A DNA stretch of 64,000 nucleotides. It comes from a virus. Taxonomy: Duplodnaviria > Caudoviricetes. The position numbers were made by a program, and so were the translations under genes. Below are positions 28,474 through 38,600 of the stretch, in pieces; position 1 is the stretch's first letter, and each line of letters opens with the position of its first letter. Below the pieces are notes generated by a model that did no database searches, was not told the DNA's origin, and was given only the letters and a program-made list of their open reading frames with translations. Where the stretch lies: IMG/VR virus record IMGVR_UViG_3300005662_000039, positions 4,188 to 68,187 of that record. One strand, 5' to 3'.

Positions 28474-29227
28474 AGGAATGGCTATCATCAACTGTGAGTT
28501 AGCAGATAATCCCCATGCGCATTCTCGCGGACTGATGTTTCGTGATAGCCTTAAAGAAGGTCATGGCATGCTATTTGATTTTAAAAAGGAACAGAATCTT
28601 TCGTTTTGGGGCATGAACACACTTATACCTTTAGATATAGCATTTATCGATAAAAAAGGCAACATTGTTAATACCGATATTGTAAAACCTCATTGTCTTG
28701 ATTCTGTAAAAAGTTCCTCCCCTTGCATGTTTGCTCTCGAGGTTCCAGCGGGTACATTTAAAACTAATAATATAAAAAATGGTGATTTTGCAGAGATTTA
28801 TAAAGAAAACGGGAATACTGTAGTTTTTCTTCTAAAAAATCATTTAGAGGGAAATATTAAGGTCGCGGCTTTGGACATGGAGCCAGGTGGCAATCTTAAC
28901 GTGGATGCAGAAGAGATTCCAGCCAGAGGTAGTGTAGATAGAAATGTAAAGGATGAAAATGCTCCCTTGTTCGGCAGCGTATTTGATGCTCTTAAATGGT
29001 GTATACATAATCATGAAGTATGTAGAATAACATATCAGACTGATAGTGGTCATGTAATAACTAGAGATATAGAGCCTCATGATATTTTTTATGGTTCTAG
29101 CAAACATCATCAAATATTATCAACTTGGGACGAAAATGCTAATGGACCTAGAAGCTATATTGTCATGAGAATAATTTCTTATGCGATTCCTAGAAGGAAA
29201 TTTACTCCAAAAATACAACTTTATTAA
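28466..29227 (+). CDS. DUF192 domain + WYL-like domain fusion
   Basis: N-term ELADNP...RGLMFR...GMLFDF...FWGMNTLIPLDIAFID...ALEVPAG (DUF192); C-term CRITYQTDSG..ITRDIEPH.I...LSTWD....GPRSY..MRI (WYL pattern). Confidence 0.75.
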   Translation: MPRGMAIINCELADNPHAHSRGLMFRDSLKEGHGMLFDFKKEQNLSFWGMNTLIPLDIAFIDKKGNIVNTDIVKPHCLDSVKSSSPCMFALEVPAGTFKTNNIKNGDFAEIYKENGNTVVFLLKNHLEGNIKVAALDMEPGGNLNVDAEEIPARGSVDRNVKDENAPLFGSVFDALKWCIHNHEVCRITYQTDSGHVITRDIEPHDIFYGSSKHHQILSTWDENANGPRSYIVMRIISYAIPRRKFTPKIQLY

Positions 29228-29229
29228 AT

Positions 29230-29829
29230 ATGGAAAACATTATACGAGAATTACTTATCGCGGCACAGGGTCTTGACAACAGAGGCTTATCTAATGAAGC
29301 AAATGAATTGGACAAGACAGCAGAAACTTTAGTGAAGATAAAAACCGCCCAGTATGACGGCACTCAGGGGTATTTTATAAGAAATACTAGATGCTGGAAT
29401 GGGTGTATAAGGACAAAGAGAGCAGAAGGTAAAAACCCCAACGAGGCGTGGACTGAGTGTCATGAAGAGTGGGTTGATTCTTCGACATCAGGATCTGCTG
29501 ATGCGGTATGGGGAAAATATGCCAATGATGAATCGTTTAACAAGACTGCAGGCATTTATGACAATATCATACTTACTGCTGCTGATGCCGCATTGAAGAA
29601 CATAATTGAAGGCAGAATATCTCAAGGCATGTCTTATGAAGATGCGATTCCTATGAGTTTGGCTGAGCGCAGCATTGCTCTTGCCTCTGAACTTAGTAAA
29701 TGTGCTGAAAAAATAAATATTTTGGCAGAAGGTCTGGATATAGAAGGATCAGCATCTGTACTTAAAGATGTTTCAATTAAATTATCTGAATTGTCTGCAG
29801 AGGAATATGTAAAATCTATTTCATTTTAA
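29230..29829 (+). CDS. head-region protein with LD..G...EA..LD helix and IKTAQ motif
   Basis: AQGLDNRGLSNEANELDKTAETLVKIKTAQ|YDGTQGYFIRNTRCWNGC. Confidence 0.75.
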   Translation: MENIIRELLIAAQGLDNRGLSNEANELDKTAETLVKIKTAQYDGTQGYFIRNTRCWNGCIRTKRAEGKNPNEAWTECHEEWVDSSTSGSADAVWGKYANDESFNKTAGIYDNIILTAADAALKNIIEGRISQGMSYEDAIPMSLAERSIALASELSKCAEKINILAEGLDIEGSASVLKDVSIKLSELSAEEYVKSISF

Positions 29830-29887
29830 CAAGGTTAAATAGTAGAAATTTAGTAAAAATTAAGCTAGTAATAGCAAGGAGCAAAGT

Positions 29888-30541
29888 ATGAGATTCTTTT
29901 CAAACAAGATATATGTGAATGGTGCGTCAAAAAATTTTAATGACATAATAAATGATGTAGCCGGTGGCATGAAGAAGCAGGCAAGCGTCGCTTCGCAGTC
30001 TGCTGAAAAGCCTGTTGTTAAGCAGGCCAAAGAGGCTATAACAGATGCTCAGGAAGGAAAACTTCCTCCAGCTCTGGTTGCAGCCATTAAGAGAAAGGAA
30101 GGCAAGCCAGGAAAGAGCAAGAAGAAGTCATCAATAAATGGCAACGATGTTAAAATAGCCTCCGTAAACCAAATAGACACCGATACTGTTGAAGTGGAAT
30201 TCGTTCCAGAGAACACTAAGGTCGCTGAGATTGAAATATCAGATGATGGTTCAGTTAAGATGGCTGGATGGAATGAGGGAATGGCTGCTACTGAGGATTC
30301 AAATGAGGCTGGCTCTTCAGAGGATAATGCTGAGTCTAAAGAAGTAGCTGATTCTGATTCTGCAGAAAACTCAGATGGCAAGGAGTCATGCGAGGCTTGT
30401 GGCATGTCCACCATGGCTTCTTCTGGAGACTTTGTTAAGATTGCCAATCTAACCGATAAGCAGAAAGCTGCTTTCCGTAGCTATTGGCAGAATGTCTGGC
30501 CAAAAGAGTTCATTGACGCGGTTTTAACCAAGGATCAATAA
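29888..30541 (+). CDS. head-region protein with multiple K-x-A motifs and CxxC
   Basis: KKQAS, VKQAK, VKIAS, KVAE, VKMAG, VKIAN; CEACG; AGGAG RBS. Confidence 0.75.
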   Translation: MRFFSNKIYVNGASKNFNDIINDVAGGMKKQASVASQSAEKPVVKQAKEAITDAQEGKLPPALVAAIKRKEGKPGKSKKKSSINGNDVKIASVNQIDTDTVEVEFVPENTKVAEIEISDDGSVKMAGWNEGMAATEDSNEAGSSEDNAESKEVADSDSAENSDGKESCEACGMSTMASSGDFVKIANLTDKQKAAFRSYWQNVWPKEFIDAVLTKDQ

Positions 30542-31179
30542 TGTCCATAATCCCTGTAGGTCGGCGTTCTGAAATGGTCGGCCAAATATTCAGGTTGGCT
30601 AATGACCAACTTCATCAGCCTGATGCTGATTCTGCCTATATGACCTCGGGTGATTCTCAGTCTCCTTTGCCTTCGGATGCGGTTAAGAACGCAGCCCCTG
30701 TCGTAAAAGATGCGACAGGGGCTGCTGCGGATGCGGCTGGTTTTCACGATCTTGTATATAAAGAACTTGAAAATTTAGGCATTGATCCTCGTATCATTTC
30801 TAGAAAAAGCAATTCTCTTATTAAATTCGAAGAAGACATAGCAAGTGGTAAAATGTCTGGAAGTTTTTTAATACCAGTCGAACTCCCCACTGGCGGTACT
30901 GTTTCTCATGATAAAGCAAAAGAGATCGCTTTAAAAATATTCGATAAGTTTGGACTAAAAGGAAAAATCGGAAGAGACGAGAGACGGAAGTTTCATGTCA
31001 TATCATTTTCCACCAAAGAAGCAGAAGCGTCTAAGCCTACGAATGAAGGGTCTTTTGGAAATCTTCCAGACAATGAAGCAGAAAAAAAGACAAGTACTGC
31101 ATCCGTGCAATCCGAAATGTTCTTAACTAGAAAGTCAATGCTTATTGATGCTTTGAGAAAAGGCGGATACATCAGATGA
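30541..31179 (+). CDS. hypothetical head-region protein
   Basis: 212-aa ORF, translationally coupled. Confidence 0.75.
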   Translation: MSIIPVGRRSEMVGQIFRLANDQLHQPDADSAYMTSGDSQSPLPSDAVKNAAPVVKDATGAAADAAGFHDLVYKELENLGIDPRIISRKSNSLIKFEEDIASGKMSGSFLIPVELPTGGTVSHDKAKEIALKIFDKFGLKGKIGRDERRKFHVISFSTKEAEASKPTNEGSFGNLPDNEAEKKTSTASVQSEMFLTRKSMLIDALRKGGYIR

Positions 31180-31847
31180 TATTTAGCAATAGAGACTCTG
31201 GTAAAAGCAATATTTTTGGTGATGCATTTGATAAATACGATGCATCTTCAGCCGTTCCTAGCGACGATGTACTCGAGTCTATGCGAAGGAAAGCATGGAG
31301 CAGCTCTCCCTCAGGAGGGGAGGCATTGAGGAATACGATTTCCAGATCATCCGCTGCTACAGATGATTCCAGTGCTTCTGGGCGCGCATTCATTGGCATG
31401 AACTCAGCAAGAAGTATATTTTCTGATTCGACAAATAATGAAGGGAAAATCGATGCTAAGTCAGCATCTGATTCTTCAAGACAGTCAGAGAAAAATGCTA
31501 GAAAAGACCTAGAGCGCAAGCGAAGGGCAGAGTCGAATCCATCTGGAGAATTGGAAGCAAAGAATTTTTCTGCACACGCAAGCGAACATAAGCGCATGGA
31601 CGTTACGAAAAACGCAATTAGCATATTTGATAAAAATCCATTTGAAAGAATGGGATCCAATGAGGCAGAGTTGAAGAAGAATATAAAAGTAGCCAACGAA
31701 GACCTGCACGGATCTAGGCAACTGACATCAAAAGATGTTACTGAAAGAATATTTAATGGATTCGGTGCCGAAGTTAAAAAAGCAACACATCATCAGTCCG
31801 TGGTTGATAATTTGATAAATAAGTTGAAAGGTGATAAAAGTGAGTAA
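31176..31847 (+). CDS. hypothetical Ser-rich head-region protein
   Basis: 223-aa ORF, ATGA-coupled. Confidence 0.75.
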   Translation: MIFSNRDSGKSNIFGDAFDKYDASSAVPSDDVLESMRRKAWSSSPSGGEALRNTISRSSAATDDSSASGRAFIGMNSARSIFSDSTNNEGKIDAKSASDSSRQSEKNARKDLERKRRAESNPSGELEAKNFSAHASEHKRMDVTKNAISIFDKNPFERMGSNEAELKKNIKVANEDLHGSRQLTSKDVTERIFNGFGAEVKKATHHQSVVDNLINKLKGDKSE

Positions 31848-32838
31848 TACTTTTAATCTCAAGAAGTTCGCTCAGCAGTCAATTGCTCAAATGCCGAGAC
31901 AGGATGTAGTGGAGTCGCCAGCATCCGCATCTGCAAGCGATTCTCCATTATTAATGGATCAGGGATATGATAGCACAGTTTCTCAGGATTCTAATATAAC
32001 TTTACCTAAATTCCAAAATGGAAGTGAACTTTTCGAGTTTTTGGAGGCTTTTAGAACTCAGCAAGGAGATGCTGCTTCTGCTTATGATGCCGCATGGAAT
32101 GGTTTTTTTGCAAAGAGATTGGCTGGCAGTCCTAATGCTTCTTCTTTTGAAGATGGATTGAGAAGATTTTACGAGCAAAAGGACAATAGTAATGAGGCGA
32201 CAAAAGTCGCAATGGATATTTTTGATATATATTCTTCTATGATAGATCCCAATATTCAGCCCATCATGACAGAGACTAAGTCTGCTTCAGTGCTTATAGA
32301 TGAATTAATAGATTCTACAGATGCAATCATATTAAGCATGGCTAGGTCGATAGTAAAAAATGCTTCTAAATCTAGTTTTAATTTATCAAAATTTGCCCAG
32401 CATAAAACTCTAACTAATTCAGTTGTAATGACTGGTCCAAGCCAGGTGGGAATATCTCCATTTACTAGAGATTTACAGTCAAGCATGCATCTTGTAGAGC
32501 AGAACAAGGGATTTGGTCTGCGGATAGGTGATATATTGGATATAGATTTCGAGTCCATATGGCGTGGTAATATAATGGACAAGTACTATAGATCCACTAG
32601 GGATAAAGATGGCATATATGGTGGTGGCTATATAGACGACAAATTCGAGGTTAATCGATTTATTCCAGTTGGAAATAACTATCAGTTACCTCCAGGTGTA
32701 AGACACAGACCATACATCCCCGAGCACGGATTGACCGAAGCTCGTATAGAAGTTGCCAGAGGCAACAAAGATAAATTGAGTGACCCAAGAAAATTTGCCA
32801 AGATATATAATCACTCTCTATCTAAAAAAAAAGTATAA
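31840..32838 (+). CDS. head-region protein with two FNLxKFAQ motifs
   Basis: (M)SNTFNLKKFAQ|Q and SFNLSKFAQ|H; ends at an A9 run (SKKKV*). Start is GTG 31840 or 31831. Confidence 0.8.
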   Translation: MSNTFNLKKFAQQSIAQMPRQDVVESPASASASDSPLLMDQGYDSTVSQDSNITLPKFQNGSELFEFLEAFRTQQGDAASAYDAAWNGFFAKRLAGSPNASSFEDGLRRFYEQKDNSNEATKVAMDIFDIYSSMIDPNIQPIMTETKSASVLIDELIDSTDAIILSMARSIVKNASKSSFNLSKFAQHKTLTNSVVMTGPSQVGISPFTRDLQSSMHLVEQNKGFGLRIGDILDIDFESIWRGNIMDKYYRSTRDKDGIYGGGYIDDKFEVNRFIPVGNNYQLPPGVRHRPYIPEHGLTEARIEVARGNKDKLSDPRKFAKIYNHSLSKKKV

Positions 32839-33047
32839 CGACAAATAAATTTGCTAATCAAGCGTTATCTCCAGGAGATGCGCTTGATCGTGCATTTTCC
32901 GCACTAGATGGAGCAAAAGACAAGGGGCTTGGAAAGTATCGAATATGCCCTGTCTGCGGAAGTCACTGCAGTGCGGAAGCATCTGTATTCAAGTGTCATA
33001 ATTGCAATGCATCATTAGCAAATGTAATAATTCACTTTAAATCGTAA
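32826..33047 (+). CDS. start-less -1-frame extension encoding a zinc ribbon (frameshift product of the upstream gene)
   Basis: The -1 frame is open from just after TAA 32823-25 to TAA 33045-47: KKSITTNKFANQ...CPVCGSHC...FKCHNCNAS; no ATG/GTG/TTG anywhere in this frame. Confidence 0.6.
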   Translation, partial: KKSITTNKFANQALSPGDALDRAFSALDGAKDKGLGKYRICPVCGSHCSAEASVFKCHNCNASLANVIIHFKS

Positions 33048-33066
33048 TACCGAAATCTAGGTTAGT

Positions 33067-35289
33067 ATGACCAAAAAAAATTCCAATAAAGAAGTCGAAT
33101 CAGGTAGTTCAGATAATTCATTAAGTATGAATAAGCTGGCATCAGGTGGTGCTGTGCATATGCCTATCACCAAGGCTGCTCAGTATGTTGGTGGATCAGC
33201 ATCTACCATATTTACTCAGCCAATGTTCTTTAGTCCCCTGCACACTCCTCAAAATTGGCAGATAGCAAGTAAGCGTCGAGAAGTCGCTCAGTGGGCGAGG
33301 TTTTATTACGAGAACGAGCCAAAAGCTGCTGCTGGAATAGATTTTTATGCTAATTTTCCCATGAACGGATTCAAGCTAGAATGCAAGGATCGTAAGGTTC
33401 TGGCATTTTATGAGCATTTGATAGATAAGTTGGATTTGGAAAACTGGCTTAGAAAAATAAGTCACGAATATTATCTTCTCGGAGACGTATTTGTCTTTAC
33501 CGAGGTGGAATGTCCTGTGTGTGGTGGTACTGGAGAAAGAGTCGATGGGATGATGTGCAATCATCCTGATGGAGTAATTAAGAGGATACTTATATTAAAT
33601 CCTGACTTTGTTGAAGTCCAAAGAACTCAGTTAGCAGATGAGCCTGCAGTTGTGCTTCTTCCAGATGATGATCTGAAGAGAGTGGTGTCGCAAAAGAAGC
33701 CTCTTGAAGTTTATAATAGAATACCAGAAAATGTTAAGCGAATGGTGATGGCTGGAGCTCCAATTCCTCTCTCTCCCAGATGTGTAAGTCATATAAAGCG
33801 CAAAGGTTCTCCATACGGTACTTATGGAGAATCATTGTTGAGAAGATTATTCACCATAATATCTTATAAAACAAAATTAATGACAGCGAATTGGATAGCA
33901 GCTGAAAGGCATATACTTCCAGTCAGGGTAGTAAAAGTTGGTACTGAAAATCGTCCAGCCAGTGAGGCAGATATTGCTGATGCACAATCCCAATTGGCAT
34001 CAGTTGCAAATGATCCGAATCTCACTATTGTTACTCATCATGCATTTGAGATGGACTTTGTTGGAGCAACGGGCAAGATTCATGATATGAGTACTCAAAT
34101 GGAGGCAATAGGCAAGGAGATGCTTGATGGTCTCATGTTGCCTCAGACATTGCTTAACGGCGAAATGGCAGGATATAGTTCAGCGGCTGTGGGCGTGGAA
34201 ACTTTGATAAGAAGGTTGGAGACATGGAGGATAGAGCTAGCATCTTGGGTTGAGAAGAATATATTTTTACCAGTTGCTCAAATGCAGGGCTTTGTTGACG
34301 TATCAAAGTCTAAACTTGTTGGTGAAACGGTTTATTTGTATCCAAGATTAAAATGGAACGACCTTAATCTTCGTGATAATACATCTAAATTGCAAAATCT
34401 AATGCAACTTCATGATAAGGGTCTTATTTCAACGCAAAAATTGCTTGAGGAATTTAATATCGATTATGATACTGAAATCAATAGGCTAAGAGAGGAACAG
34501 ATTACCGCTGGTAAGGGTGGTAATATAATGGGTGGCTCTGGTTCTGGAGGAGGTTCTTCTGCTGGCACTGAGATGCCAATGCCAACTGGTGGCAGTGGCC
34601 CTCCATTGGATATGGGAAGTCCCTTGCCTCCACCAGATATGGGAGCTCCAAGTGGTGGCGCTATGCCATCAATGGACTCTAGCGTATCTGCTCCGTCATT
34701 GACAGGAGAAGCTGCGCCTATGCCTGCTGCAGAAGGGGGAGCGCTTCAATCATCAGCAGCAGTAATGCCTGATAAAATATATAAAAAAGGCAAGGCTCCA
34801 AAGATTGAAAAAAAAGAGGAGCATAAGCCAGAGCCTCCTAAACAAATTTATTTAACTAAGCCAGAACAAAAACTATATTCTATTCTATCTAGAATGAGAG
34901 TTCCATATAGGCTTTTTGCTCAGTTTAAACAAGCAACTCCATATTCTACAAGTCCATACTTGCTTGACTTTGCCTATCCAGAAATCGGTGTTGACTTGGA
35001 GGCTGATGGTGACTTCTGGCATTCTGACCCAGAATCTATATATAGGGACAAAAATCGTGATGCTAATTTAGCCACAATGGGATGGCGTGTAATACGAATT
35101 AAAGAGTCAGCTCTTAATGGTGCGGTCGATGAGGTTGAGAAGATTATATCTGCTAACATTCGTGAAGCAGCATTGGAGAAAAAGCAACTTAGCAAAAAGG
35201 CTTCTATTCATAATTTCAGTATGATAGATAGTGAATTTTGCACTATCTACCTTCCTTCTGGAGAAATAGATGATAAAGATCGCAGCTAA
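33067..35289 (+). CDS. portal protein with C-terminal DUF559/Vsr-like nuclease domain
   Basis: Position between TerL and protease; FYYENEPKAAAGIDFYANFP, EYYLLGDVF, PYGTYGESLL, LTIVTHH, LKWNDLNL portal-type motifs; P/G/M/S linker; then KPEQKLY...LDFAYPEIGVDLEADGDFWH...DKNRDANLATMGWRVIRI. Confidence 0.85.
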   Translation: MTKKNSNKEVESGSSDNSLSMNKLASGGAVHMPITKAAQYVGGSASTIFTQPMFFSPLHTPQNWQIASKRREVAQWARFYYENEPKAAAGIDFYANFPMNGFKLECKDRKVLAFYEHLIDKLDLENWLRKISHEYYLLGDVFVFTEVECPVCGGTGERVDGMMCNHPDGVIKRILILNPDFVEVQRTQLADEPAVVLLPDDDLKRVVSQKKPLEVYNRIPENVKRMVMAGAPIPLSPRCVSHIKRKGSPYGTYGESLLRRLFTIISYKTKLMTANWIAAERHILPVRVVKVGTENRPASEADIADAQSQLASVANDPNLTIVTHHAFEMDFVGATGKIHDMSTQMEAIGKEMLDGLMLPQTLLNGEMAGYSSAAVGVETLIRRLETWRIELASWVEKNIFLPVAQMQGFVDVSKSKLVGETVYLYPRLKWNDLNLRDNTSKLQNLMQLHDKGLISTQKLLEEFNIDYDTEINRLREEQITAGKGGNIMGGSGSGGGSSAGTEMPMPTGGSGPPLDMGSPLPPPDMGAPSGGAMPSMDSSVSAPSLTGEAAPMPAAEGGALQSSAAVMPDKIYKKGKAPKIEKKEEHKPEPPKQIYLTKPEQKLYSILSRMRVPYRLFAQFKQATPYSTSPYLLDFAYPEIGVDLEADGDFWHSDPESIYRDKNRDANLATMGWRVIRIKESALNGAVDEVEKIISANIREAALEKKQLSKKASIHNFSMIDSEFCTIYLPSGEIDDKDRS

Positions 35290-35683
35290 GAGAATAAAAG
35301 ACCGCAACATTTCCTGGAAAGAAGAATATACGGAAAGAACTAAACCTCTAAAGGAGAGATATGAGGATCAGATCGGTATTGGTTCTTACTACAGATGGGC
35401 TGGTCATGATTATACTACGAATAGCGATTACTACGTTGTTTGCTCTCCCGCAAAAACAAAAGAACTAGACAATGCATTTTTTGCTGGCATAAAAAAACTA
35501 CCTCCAATATATAAAAGAGATGTAACAAAGGTTTATTCTCCATATGGAAGGTATTTTAACAATATAGCTAGTGCATTAACCTTCCTGAATGATAAGTACA
35601 ACATACCATACCCAAAAGAACAGATTAATTATACCGATGAAAATCTCCAAGGAATTAAAATACCTCGTTTTATAAAGGCTTAA
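35270..35683 (+). CDS. conserved hypothetical protein between portal and protease
   Basis: 137 aa, MIKIAAK start; overlaps the portal stop. Confidence 0.7.
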   Translation: MIKIAAKRIKDRNISWKEEYTERTKPLKERYEDQIGIGSYYRWAGHDYTTNSDYYVVCSPAKTKELDNAFFAGIKKLPPIYKRDVTKVYSPYGRYFNNIASALTFLNDKYNIPYPKEQINYTDENLQGIKIPRFIKA

Positions 35684-35684
35684 C

Positions 35685-38600
35685 ATGGAAGATACTATTG
35701 AAGAAAATGGTTTGGGTAAGAAGAGTTTCCGTTTTACATCTGATAGAGATGTATGTGCTCTTAATCTGCCCAATAATTGGCAAGAGATAAACACAGATAT
35801 TCTAACTAAAAATGCTTCTATTAAAGAAAACGGATCAATCTTCAATAAAAACGGTAAAGTAGTAGATTTGGGAGGCTTTGATCTTGATAAAGCCATTGAC
35901 GAAAATTCAGAGTGCCTATTCGTTAAGGTTTTTGCTATTAAGAAAGATGAAGTTAACGACAATGGTGATTTCTTCAACGAAAGTGAACTTAAGAAAGCTA
36001 CTAGCACATTCATTGGCGTTCCAGTTTTCGTTAATCATCAAAATGATGATATAGAAAAAGCCAGAGGCAAGGTTGTTCACGCATGGTATGATGATGAAAG
36101 AGGTGGCATATACACCATAAACATGGTCGATAAGGTTGCTTTCCCTCGTCTTGCTCGTGGGCTTGAGGCAGGCTATGTTACTGGCAGTTCGATGGGATGT
36201 TCTGTGAAGTATTCCTGCTGCAGTATATGTCATACCAGAGCTGCCACAGCTAAAGAATTTTGTAGCCACATTAAGGAAAGAAAAAAGAGACTCTTTAATG
36301 GGGAATGCGAATGCAAGTATCATGATCGTCCTAATGCTGGAGATGAGCCATGCCCATTATGTGACAAGAAAAAGGGCGAGAAAAAAGCCAATGTCTATAA
36401 AGACAAGCAAATATTTGAGCACAACTATGGGGTTAAATTTATAGAAGACAGTTTTGTAGTCAATCCTGCTTGTCATGATTGTCTCGTGTCCGACATACTT
36501 AATCCAAGTGAATTGCAGAAGAAAGTTGCTAATGTCACAGATATTATTAAGAAATACGCATCATCCATTGAGGGGCAAGAGCATAATGATGGATGCAGTG
36601 ATGGTTCTTGCTCTTTAAGAAAAGTTGCTGGGGTCAAGGAGATTGGAGATTTAAATGAGGCTATGAATAAAATGGAGAGAGTTGTTCGCTCTATGATGGC
36701 TCAAAAATCAAAAGTATCTTTGGAGTATGTTTCAGATATTATAAAAGTTTGCGCAGATGTTCAGAAAATAGCAGATGAATTAGTGGAAATGGGATATGCA
36801 AGACTTCCATCGCCTAGTGACGACCAGGTTGCTTTTGGAGTGGCGGAGCATGCCTCTCCCATTAATCCTCAAGGGTCTCCTGTGCAGACATCCACCCCTG
36901 CTATGCCATCTCCATCTGCTGCCATCCCTGCGAGTACTAAGCCTATCCAAACTGCAGTAGCTAAGCCTGGATCATTCTCGGCACAGACTACTGAGTACGG
37001 TGATGATATAGGTAGAGTGACAAAACCTTCTTTTATGCCAAGAAAATCAGAAAATATGGAGGATTTTGTTAAAATAAGTCATATGATACGCGATAGGATT
37101 GCTAATTTAGAAGAAAAATTAGCGGAGGGTATTGATTTGGGACTAAGTTCTGATTACAGGGCGACAGATGGCGATATCTCCATTGTTATCACTGCTGATG
37201 ATGATGGGGATATGTTTGTATCTGCGTTTAATGGCACAAGAATGACTAAATGGGCAAGCGTCGATACGCTTACTCAAGAATTACGGCAGTTGGTAATAAA
37301 CGACCCCACGGAGGCCGCCAGAAGGTTGTTAATTGCAGGTTACGGCGGCACCAACCGGAGCGAAGATACTATGAATAGCAATGAAAATAATGATAATCTG
37401 AAGATCGCTAAGAGAAAAGATGCACCAGATGTAACTACTCAGGCTCAGCTTGATGGATCTGGTCTTTTATATGGAGCACGCAAGGGCGATGCTCCAGACA
37501 AGACCACTCAATCCCAACTTGATGGGCACATAAAGAAGGACGAATCTAGTGCTTCTCCAGTAGAACGTCATCCATCTCCCACTGATACTGTGGAGTCTCA
37601 GTTGAATGGCAAGGGCGGATTCATGGTTCGTTGGAGCAACACTCCAGAAGCCATCACTGAAGGACAGTGGACTGCTGCTAACAGGGAAGTATATGCCAAG
37701 TTGCCTTCGGATTGGTCTGAAGGCGCAAAAGAATCTCAACTTGAAGCCCTTCGAAAGTCTCACAAGTGGGTTGATCCATCGGAAACCACAGAGGGGCAAC
37801 TTGCCAAGAATGCCTCATCTTCTGCAGTTGATTTGATCAAAGCTGCATCAGATGGCATATCAACGGCTATAGGCTTCTATGGTCTAACTGCTGATCAGGT
37901 TAAGAAAGCATTCGCTGTTGCTGGTAAGAACATGGAGAAGACTGCTTTCAGCGTTCTTTACAACGCTGCTCCATGGCTGGTTGAGGACAGGATTAAGAAT
38001 GTTTCTTTGAAGCGTTTCCTTTCCAAGGAAGCAAGTTCTGCTGATCTCGGTATAGAGCCAATGGACGCTCTCGTTGCTGGCTTGGCTGATCATGTTGGCA
38101 ATCTTCCTGTTGATCAGGTAATAAAAGCAGCATCTTGGATATCTAAAGAGCAAGTTGCCTTCCAGACTGCTATCGACAACGCTGAAAAATTCGCCTCAGT
38201 AGAGGAGGATGCCAGCGTAGATGAGGATGATATTTTCCGTAAGGCCTTTCGCGAGTCTAACTTTCCAGAAGATGGACTTTTCAAGATATGCGCGACGATA
38301 GAAGATGACATTAACGTAGATCCTTCCGCTGGTGATGCATTTGTGCGTGCTGTTCATAAGTTTGCATCTGCTCAGGTTTCTGAGGCTTTCGGAGTCTCAG
38401 AACTTGCTCCTATGTCAATAGATATAGACGATTCCAACGGTATCGTGGAAGCAACTTTGAAGATTGCATCCATGCTTGATGCGGAGGAATTAAAGCATTA
38501 CAACGAATGGCTTTCTTCCGCTGAAAAGTCAGAAAAGAATGCCTCCTCCTCTTTGGAAGACAGGAGAAGCAAGCGCGCTTCTGTCCTTAATAAAATTGAC

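Noticed and set aside
32878-33018. Short ATG-initiated ORFs in other frames (MRLIVHFPH*, MEQKTRG...) as the real content of the gap before the portal
   Set aside because: No motif, very short or lacking a properly spaced RBS. The CxxC..CxxC frame with a K-x-A motif is more convincing.
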